A stretch of 40,000 nucleotides of DNA from Sulfurospirillum multivorans DSM 12446 (GTDB lineage: Bacteria; Campylobacterota; Campylobacteria; Campylobacterales; Sulfurospirillaceae). The notes beneath the pieces were generated by a model. The model was not told the DNA's origin and made no database searches. It saw nothing but the letters and a program-made list of their open reading frames with translations. The DNA lies in NCBI RefSeq assembly GCF_000568815.1, contig NZ_CP007201.1, positions 1,705,654-1,745,653 of the forward strand, in the 5' to 3' direction. A program made the position numbers and the translations under genes. Below are positions 34,419 to 40,000 of the stretch, piece by piece; position 1 is the first letter of the stretch, and every line of letters starts with the position of its first letter.

Positions 34419-34754
34419 ACTAAATAAACAAACTTTTTATTATTGTAAATACTTATAGCAATATATTGAGTTATTATTATTTTATTTAAAACTAAAATAA
34501 GAAACTTAATATCTAGTAATTTGTTTTTTACATGAGCTTATTTGCCTAAAATTACACTTCATCTTACACACGTTCACACCTATCATTGTTATGGCTGCGG
34601 CTTTAATAGAAATCATCATCTATCCATTTGTTATACACTAATCATCATAAGTTATTCAGTAGAGATGAATAAGCCAGTTTTGAGAAATACTGGCTTACAA
34701 AAAGATTACAATTACTATTTTATATCCTCAAATTAAGAAAAATACTGTTAAAAT

Positions 34755-34778
34755 TATCCTATCCCCTAGTATAGGATA
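34755..34778 (+). promoter_or_regulatory. Candidate RcnR/CsoR-type operator
   Basis: TATCCTAT-cccctagt-ATAGGATA: an 8-bp perfect inverted repeat around a C-tract, ending 4 nt before the rcnR ATG. Confidence 0.5.
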
Positions 34779-34782
34779 TAAA

Positions 34783-35052
34783 ATGTCAAAACATTCCTCC
34801 CATGAAGATGTCAGCAAACGACTCAAAAGAGCATACGGTCATTTACACAGTGTTATTGAAATGATTGAAAAAGAACGATCATGTACAGATATTGCACAAC
34901 AACTTCATGCTGTTGAAAAAGCTATTAGCAATGCTAAAAAACTTCTCATCCATGATCATATTGACCATTGTCTGGATAATGCAGTAATTGATGGAGCATT
35001 GAGTTCAGATGATGTACTCAATGAATTTAAACAAATCACAAAATACCTTTAG
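34783..35052 (+). CDS. rcnR: CsoR/RcnR-family metal-responsive repressor
   Basis: KRLKRAYGHLHSVIEMIE, a conserved Cys (ERSCTD) and an LIHDHIDHC His/Cys cluster. Lies directly upstream of rcnA. Confidence 0.75.
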   Translation: MSKHSSHEDVSKRLKRAYGHLHSVIEMIEKERSCTDIAQQLHAVEKAISNAKKLLIHDHIDHCLDNAVIDGALSSDDVLNEFKQITKYL

Positions 35053-35061
35053 GAATCAAAA

Positions 35062-36168
35062 ATGGATATAACTTCTCTTATTAATGACGGTGCAAATCTA
35101 TGGATTTTATTACCAAGTGCCATTTTGTTAGGTGCTCTACATGGGTTAGAGCCAGGACATTCAAAGACAATGATGGCTTCTTTTATTATTGCCATTAGAG
35201 GAACTATTTGGCAAGCTATGATGTTAGGTGTTGCAGCAACTATTTCACACACAGCAATTGTCTGGATTATTGCACTTACGGGGCTTTACTTTGGGGCACA
35301 ATACAGTGATGGAGCAATCGAGCCCTATTTGCAAATCGCGTCATCTGTTATTATCTTAGGTGTTGCTGCATGGATGATTCGACAAACTTATAAAGATCAG
35401 CAACATTTTCATGAACATGAACACCATGATCATCACCATCATGATGAAGCATTTACCATTGAAACAGTGATAGGCGATGTTGAACTTTCTATCTTTGAAG
35501 AAAATCAACCTCCAAAATTTCGATTAAAAACAGAAAATATTGATATATTAGAGCAAAGTAAAATAGTGGTTCAAACAGAACGCACTGATAATACCAGTCA
35601 GTCTTTTACATTTGCACGAAGAGAAGACTATTTGGAGTCATTAGAAGAGATTCCTGAACCTCATGAATTCGTAGCACGAGTTTTTATCACACATAACTAT
35701 GAAACCAATATATATGATATTGAGTTTGTCGAACATCACCATGAGCATGTACATGAAGAAATGGCGGGACTTGATATAACAGCTCCTGGATATCAAGATG
35801 CACATGAATTAGCACATGCCAATGATATTCGAAAACGATTTGCTAATAAAGAAGTGACTAATTTTCAAATTCTGCTTTTTGGATTAACAGGTGGACTTAT
35901 TCCATGTCCAGCAACAATTACAGTATTACTTCTATGCCTTCAGTTGAAAAAGTTAACAATGGGCGCTATCTTGGTTTTTGGATTTAGTATCGGATTGGCA
36001 ATAACACTTGTTATGACTGGAATGATTGCGGCATTAAGTGTTCATTACATGTCTAAGAAGTTCAGTGGGTTTGGAAGCGTTATTAGAAAAGCACCTTATT
36101 TTTCAAGTGGATTAATTGTTCTGATTGGTCTTTATATAGGATATGAGGGAATTTCACACTTCCCTTGA
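35062..36168 (+). CDS. rcnA: Nickel/cobalt efflux protein RcnA (NicO family) with enlarged His-flanked loop
   Basis: HGLEPGHSKT motif, multiple TM helices and His tracts HFHEHEHHDHHHHDE and EHHHEHVHEE. Confidence 0.8.
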   Translation: MDITSLINDGANLWILLPSAILLGALHGLEPGHSKTMMASFIIAIRGTIWQAMMLGVAATISHTAIVWIIALTGLYFGAQYSDGAIEPYLQIASSVIILGVAAWMIRQTYKDQQHFHEHEHHDHHHHDEAFTIETVIGDVELSIFEENQPPKFRLKTENIDILEQSKIVVQTERTDNTSQSFTFARREDYLESLEEIPEPHEFVARVFITHNYETNIYDIEFVEHHHEHVHEEMAGLDITAPGYQDAHELAHANDIRKRFANKEVTNFQILLFGLTGGLIPCPATITVLLLCLQLKKLTMGAILVFGFSIGLAITLVMTGMIAALSVHYMSKKFSGFGSVIRKAPYFSSGLIVLIGLYIGYEGISHFP

Positions 36169-36261
36169 GTTTGTTAATCAATTAGTCATATTCTTACATA
36201 ATATTTAAGCCTCTGCGGAGTAATATCAAAAAATCTTACTTTATAACTAGGGGGCTGTGAT

Positions 36262-36390
36262 ATGAGAAAAGTAATTGGATTTATGTTTGCTATTGTAATT
36301 TTAGCAGGTAGTCTTTATGCACATTCAGGAAGAACAGATTCAAGTGGTTGCCACAATGATACAAGAACAGGCACTTATCATTGTCATTAA
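36262..36390 (+). CDS. 42-aa secreted YHYH-like peptide (not in the ORF track)
   Basis: RBS GGGGG precedes the ATG. Translation: MRKVIGFMFAIVILAGSLYA-HSGRTDSSGCHNDTRTGTYHCH, matching the HSGG.D..GCH....TG.YHCH pattern of YHYH-motif proteins as I recall it. Confidence 0.55.
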   Translation: MRKVIGFMFAIVILAGSLYAHSGRTDSSGCHNDTRTGTYHCH

Positions 36391-36639
36391 AATTTATTTG
36401 TAGGTATTCTTGAATTCAAGGTAAAATATAAAAATAACTATTATTTTTCTTTCATAGAAAATATAGTTATTTTATAAATTTATCCAAAATTATCATTATA
36501 ATATTCATAATTATGATAGTTCATATTCTCATATAATTAATGAAGAACTAAACATATCTTCTGTACTATCACTATAATTATTTGTTGGAATACTTAAAGA
36601 CGCTGTGGGCACATCTAAGTAATAGAAGATTCAAAAAAA

Positions 36640-36658
36640 CGAGAGGCCTAGCCTCTCG
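36640..36658 (-). terminator. Rho-independent terminator ending the minus-strand small-gene array
   Basis: CGAGAGGC-cta-GCCTCTCG. On the minus strand it is followed by TTTTTTT. Confidence 0.75.
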
Positions 36659-36688
36659 GAAAAAACAGTTTGCAAACCATTTTTTTCT

Positions 36689-36862
36689 TTATGAACACTT
36701 GCGTGAGCAAGCACTCTCTTCAAATTGAACTCTCTCTCGATGTTCACCAGTCTTTCCAACGTTGAACGATTCTACTGGCCTATGGTAGCCCATTACGCGA
36801 GTATAAACCATGCAACGTGTACGCTTTCCTGCTAATTTAGTCAGGATTTCTTCTTTTGACAT
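36689..36862 (-). CDS. 57-aa protein resembling the C-terminal glycyl-radical segment of anaerobic RNR NrdD
   Basis: GGAGG RBS precedes ATG 36860-36862. VYTRVMGYHRPVESFNVGKTGEHRERVQF parallels the NrdD C-terminus (RV.GY......[FW]N.GK..E...R). Confidence 0.6.
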   Translation of the reverse strand: MSKEEILTKLAGKRTRCMVYTRVMGYHRPVESFNVGKTGEHRERVQFEESACSRKCS

Positions 36863-36925
36863 GTAAACCTCCCAAGGTTGTATGTACGATACTATACAAG
36901 CATCTAGTATTCCAATCAATATTTA

Positions 36926-37420
36926 TCATGATCTTGCCTCCAAAATCGCTTTCGCATATATTGATTGCAAAGGCATGAGTGCATAACCACCGTCCGCACC
37001 ACCAAAAGTCACAACATCATTGCCAAACTTGTAATAATCATTTGGCACAGCGAATAACGCATCATACTGTTCTTTTGTGATAGGTACATATGGACGTTGA
37101 AGCTTTTTTACTTCTGTGTGAAAATCAGAACATCGACCGTTCAATAGTTGAAGTAAAAGAGTACCTTTTGTCTCTTCAATCTCATCAAGCGTGCAATCCC
37201 ATGCATCTTTATCGCCATCAATAAACGTAAGCAAAAGCTCATTATCATTGTTTTTCATACCAACCTGCATCGCAGAGAACTTATCGACAGAGGCTTCATT
37301 AGGGCTTATTGTGCAATGTCCGTCTGCAATGTTTAAAAAGAGTAGTACAGCGCATTCAGCGGACGAGTTATTGGGGATTTCTAATCTCTCACCATTCGTT
37401 TTAATTAAAATACTTTGCAT
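36926..37420 (-). CDS. Hypothetical protein (164 aa from MQSILI start)
   Basis: AGGAGG RBS precedes ATG 37418-37420. No motif recognised. Confidence 0.6.
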   Translation of the reverse strand: MQSILIKTNGERLEIPNNSSAECAVLLFLNIADGHCTISPNEASVDKFSAMQVGMKNNDNELLLTFIDGDKDAWDCTLDEIEETKGTLLLQLLNGRCSDFHTEVKKLQRPYVPITKEQYDALFAVPNDYYKFGNDVVTFGGADGGYALMPLQSIYAKAILEARS

Positions 37421-37444
37421 TTTGTTCCTCCTGAAGAACATTAA

Positions 37445-37484
37445 GAGGATAAACTTACCCCTTTATGGGGATTTATTTATCCCC
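37445..37484 (-). repeat. Leader hairpin cluster A
   Basis: On the minus strand: GGGGATAAA-taaat-CCCC-ataaa-GGGG-taag-TTTATCCTC, about 40 nt upstream of the ATG. GCTTC-N5-GAAGC lies at 37494-37508. Confidence 0.55.
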
Positions 37485-37513
37485 ATTGAGTAAGCTTCAA
37501 AATGAAGCGACTA

Positions 37514-38029
37514 TTAATCTTGTAATCTAGCATCCACTTTTTTTGATGTAACAAACAATGAGTATAAATATGCCATGACTTCATCTGCTTGTTCTTGTGT
37601 GATTTTGTCTTCAAAATCATCACCAAGAAGAAAATTATCCACATCATCAGCAAAAGTTTCTTTAGTGATATCATCACTTTCGATTAACCCAAAAGCCAGC
37701 GCATCATCTACTGACAATCTCATATCGAAAACAATAGTGAATATGAACATGTCTTCATTCCAGCAAAAAAGCTTTTCTGCAAAATCGGGCATATAATCAC
37801 TATTTACCGAATGCTTTTCCCAAGATATTCGAGAAATATTATTTTCCTCAAATAGCTTTTTTAACAATTTTGGCGTGTTATCGTCGGTTAAAATTGTTTG
37901 AACCACCTTGATACCTTCAGCTTTTTTCCAGAACTCCCAGGCATTATCGAGCTTTTTTTGTGCCTCAATTAATACATCAAGTGAGGGATTATTTGCTTCA
38001 ATTAAGTAACTGATTTCAATATTTTCCAT
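37514..38029 (-). CDS. Acidic hypothetical protein (171 aa from MENIEI start)
   Basis: GGAGGAGC RBS precedes ATG 38027-38029. Asp/Glu-rich C-terminal half. Confidence 0.6.
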   Translation of the reverse strand: MENIEISYLIEANNPSLDVLIEAQKKLDNAWEFWKKAEGIKVVQTILTDDNTPKLLKKLFEENNISRISWEKHSVNSDYMPDFAEKLFCWNEDMFIFTIVFDMRLSVDDALAFGLIESDDITKETFADDVDNFLLGDDFEDKITQEQADEVMAYLYSLFVTSKKVDARLQD

Positions 38030-38051
38030 TATATTTTTGCTCCTCCAGTGA

Positions 38052-38107
38052 GCGAACATACTTCGCCCTTTAGGGGCGAAATCGTAAATTTCAGCCCCTA
38101 ATTGGGG
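38052..38107 (-). repeat. Leader hairpin cluster B
   Basis: On the minus strand: CCCC-aatta-GGGG, then TTCGCCC-ctaaa-GGGCGAA, with an overlapping alternative GCGAA-gtatg-TTCGC. Confidence 0.55.
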
Positions 38108-38118
38108 TAACAATTTTA

Positions 38119-38265
38119 TTAAGAGATCACAAAAGTGCCATCTCCTTGATGAGATACCTCTTTGTCAAGAATATGTTTTGCAATCTCTGCTAGTTCATCG
38201 CTATCTTTATCTGATAAAGAATCAGATATTTTTGCGATTAGTTCACTGAATGATATAATCTCCAT
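38119..38265 (-). CDS. 48-aa acidic hypothetical protein (not in the ORF track)
   Basis: The ATG lies 1 nt after the upstream stop (TAAgATG). Translation: MEIISFSELIAKISDSLSDKDSDELAEIAKHILDKEVSHQGDGTFVIS. Confidence 0.4.
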   Translation of the reverse strand: MEIISFSELIAKISDSLSDKDSDELAEIAKHILDKEVSHQGDGTFVIS

Positions 38266-38266
38266 C

Positions 38267-38644
38267 TTATGCTACAACTTCAAATTCATCAAACTCAATC
38301 TCATCGCCATCTCTCACATCAAGCATATTTAATGCTTCAAGCGATTGCAACAATGATGATTTAACGTGCGCTACAAGCTCGTGTTGACCTTTTAAGCTAT
38401 CTTTGAAAGCCTTGATCGATCTAACATATCTTTCGAGCAAATACGGGCCAAAGCTTTCACAATGACAACCGCCTTTTTTGCTTTGCACGTCTATGGTTTT
38501 TGTGACCATGATGCGTTTAATATTAAACCGACCATCAACAGGATACTCAACATTTACATGTAAAGTTTCTGCACTGTCTGGAAGATTAAATTGATCCTGA
38601 AGTGTGTCGCCTGAAACAGTAAGAGTGAAATTAATTTTTTTCAT
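38267..38644 (-). CDS. Hypothetical protein (125 aa)
   Basis: ORF overlapping the upstream gene by 14 nt. No motif recognised. Confidence 0.6.
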   Translation of the reverse strand: MKKINFTLTVSGDTLQDQFNLPDSAETLHVNVEYPVDGRFNIKRIMVTKTIDVQSKKGGCHCESFGPYLLERYVRSIKAFKDSLKGQHELVAHVKSSLLQSLEALNMLDVRDGDEIEFDEFEVVA

Positions 38645-39095
38645 TTGTTGCCTCCATACCTAGATAATCACTGGCTAAATGTTTTTTAATAACAACAGCT
38701 TCTTCAATGATGAAATTAGGATTGTGATATCTTGCAACAACTGAATTTTGTAATGCCTCCGCTAACGTATCGCAATGGCGCAAATCTCCACCGCCAACAG
38801 AAGCGATAAAGAAGCTTGATAAGGTTTCAAGTTTTGGTTTTTCACCATTGGCAATATCTGTGATCTGCTCGTGTGAATAACCTAATGACTCTAAAAAAGT
38901 AGCCATTGCTTTATTCTCTGAACAAAACGTGTCATAGTCGCCAAAGTGTGCATTCATAATGCCCAAAACGTTTTCAAGTACCTTGATTTCGACTGCATCG
39001 CAGCATTCATTTTCAGGTTGCTCATTGATTGTAGTAATGTCAGAGCGTAATGAATCCATATAGGCTTCCATGCTCATTTTTACTGTATTTTCCAT
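38631..39095 (-). CDS. Hypothetical protein (154 aa)
   Basis: ORF with AAGGA upstream. No motif recognised. Confidence 0.6.
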   Translation of the reverse strand: MENTVKMSMEAYMDSLRSDITTINEQPENECCDAVEIKVLENVLGIMNAHFGDYDTFCSENKAMATFLESLGYSHEQITDIANGEKPKLETLSSFFIASVGGGDLRHCDTLAEALQNSVVARYHNPNFIIEEAVVIKKHLASDYLGMEATNEKN

Positions 39096-39159
39096 CGTCT
39101 ATTCCTTATATGTTTAATTTCATTAAATTGCTGAAACCACCCACAAAAGAATAGAGTTC

Positions 39160-39197
39160 ACCCAAAGGGAGAAAATCTATCTCCCTTGTGAGGGTAA
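39160..39197 (-). repeat. Leader hairpin cluster C
   Basis: On the minus strand: ACCCT-caca-AGGGAG-atagatttt-CTCCCT-tt-GGGT, which allows overlapping alternative stems. Confidence 0.5.
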
Positions 39198-39210
39198 ACT
39201 TTTATGCTAA

Positions 39211-39492
39211 TTATTTCACTTCAATAAAAGCGATACCTGCATCGAATAACTTTTTAACAACTCCAAAACCTTCGGAAAATAAAACTTCTCCGTTAGTCCA
39301 GTCATCTTTAAGTTCTTCATGAGTCTTAATCACGAATTCCAAATCATAGATATCGCCAATCCCTCTAGGTCTATTGCCCATATGGTTTGGAACATGATGA
39401 CATCGTAAGTAGATTTTGAGAGATTCATGTTCTGCCTCCGTAACCGTCTTTGATTGCACTAAATTGAAGTGTACGTAAAATTGATTTTTCAT
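39211..39492 (-). CDS. Hypothetical protein (93 aa)
   Basis: AGGAGG RBS precedes the ATG. No motif recognised. Confidence 0.6.
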   Translation of the reverse strand: MKNQFYVHFNLVQSKTVTEAEHESLKIYLRCHHVPNHMGNRPRGIGDIYDLEFVIKTHEELKDDWTNGEVLFSEGFGVVKKLFDAGIAFIEVK

Positions 39493-39522
39493 TGTATTGT
39501 CCTCCTAAGACAAGGACGAGAC

Positions 39523-39571
39523 TTACCCACAAGGGTAAATTCTCACCCTGTAGGTTAAATCTCTAATGAGA
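39523..39571 (-). repeat. Leader hairpin cluster D
   Basis: On the minus strand: TCTC-atta-GAGA, then AGGGT-gagaattt-ACCCT overlapping TTACCC-ttgt-GGGTAA, 33 nt upstream of the ATG. Confidence 0.55.
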
Positions 39572-39580
39572 TAAGATAAA

Positions 39581-40000
39581 CTAATTGTATTTGTAGAATT
39601 GGAGAGTATTCAGATCAAAGCCATATACTTCAGTACTGAAGTTTTCAGATACTTTAACCCTATTAATCTCTCCGTAATCATTGGTTTGCGGTGACTCAGT
39701 GGTGATTTTCTTGACCGTTCCTTTTAGAATCAATCCTTTGTCCCAATCACCTTCTATCAATGGCTCATCGATTGCACCTGAAGCAATTAAAAAATTACGC
39801 TGTCCTTCATTGAGCTCTTCAATCGAACCAAAACCGATCTGTGTCGTTAATAGTTCTTTCTCAAACTCTTTTGAGACATCACTCTTTAGCAATAATTCAT
39901 CAAGCTTCCATGAAGGAAGAACTCTTTCTCGAAAGAAAGATGGCTCTTTACCAGATGGTACCTCGAATAAATTGCCTTGGAAGTGATTAATATCAATACT
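39581..40000 (-). CDS. Hypothetical protein, 5' end outside window
   Basis: The frame of track ORF 39581..39892 remains open to base 40000 (..SIDINHFQGNLFEVPSGKEPSFFRERVLPSWKLDELLLKSD..). Confidence 0.55.
   Translation of the reverse strand, partial: SIDINHFQGNLFEVPSGKEPSFFRERVLPSWKLDELLLKSDVSKEFEKELLTTQIGFGSIEELNEGQRNFLIASGAIDEPLIEGDWDKGLILKGTVKKITTESPQTNDYGEINRVKVSENFSTEVYGFDLNTLQFYKYN

Noticed and set aside
34542-34736. 64-aa track ORF between the nuclease remnant and rcnR
   Set aside because: TTG start, no RBS, and it lies in AT-rich debris. The only notable feature there is the hairpin AAGCCAGT-N10-ACTGGCTT (34671-34696), probably a leftover terminator.
37445-39571. GC-rich repeated hairpins as a CRISPR array
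   Set aside because: The units differ in sequence and length. They are separated by protein-coding genes of 280-520 bp rather than uniform spacers, and no cas genes are present.
1-40000. Search for tRNA, rRNA, tmRNA or riboswitch-like sequences
   Set aside because: I found no cloverleaf-compatible GC-rich 70-90-nt segment with T-arm GTTCGAATC-like or anticodon-arm features, and no rRNA-like blocks. By-eye screening is weak, so tRNAscan-SE and Infernal should confirm.

Overview
AT-rich, gene-dense mosaic accessory DNA that reads like part of a conjugative plasmid or ICE. The host is possibly Campylobacterota-like, but that is a low-confidence guess from composition and gene content only.

Layout, left to right:
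1. 2-6615 (+): tail of a transfer-type operon with three consecutive very Cys-rich secreted proteins. The third has a TraN-like C-terminus. A lipoprotein and a secreted protein follow.
2. 6605-7915: an IS256-family element with imperfect IRs and an 8-bp TSD, which clips the last codons of the preceding gene.
3. 8199-13533 (-): a tightly coupled nine-gene operon of unknown function behind a small RHH gene. It encodes four secreted proteins built from two shared modules, three membrane proteins, and a P-loop ATPase paired with a degenerate P-loop protein.
4. 13798-16960 (+): a XerD-like recombinase, a small soluble protein and three membrane proteins, and HU.
5. 17028-28127 (-): a module of three large tyrosine recombinases plus a coiled-coil protein. 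The middle recombinase is split by a 5.5-kb element (21001-26513) with 63-bp TIRs and an 8-bp TSD. That element carries an IS1595-type transposase and a C/M/R type II restriction-modification cassette. The same recombinase also changes frame exactly at an A AAA AAG heptamer.
6. 28814-31770: a metallophosphoesterase, then an unannotated 39-aa peptide gene followed by an RRE/radical-SAM/SPASM enzyme (candidate RiPP cassette), then a frameshifted Cys/His-rich secreted protein.
7. 31824-33897: an IS1595-family element with a passenger gene and a perfect 8-bp TSD.
8. 33999-36390: a decayed non-specific nuclease gene, rcnR-rcnA, and a tiny YHYH-like secreted peptide.
9. 36689-40000 (-): a terminator-bounded array of small genes with strong RBSs and a recurring GC-rich hairpin motif in their leaders. 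It ends with a 57-aa protein resembling the glycyl-radical C-terminus of NrdD.

I recognised no rRNA, tRNA or CRISPR array. All family assignments come from motifs read by eye; no database search or folding computation was run.
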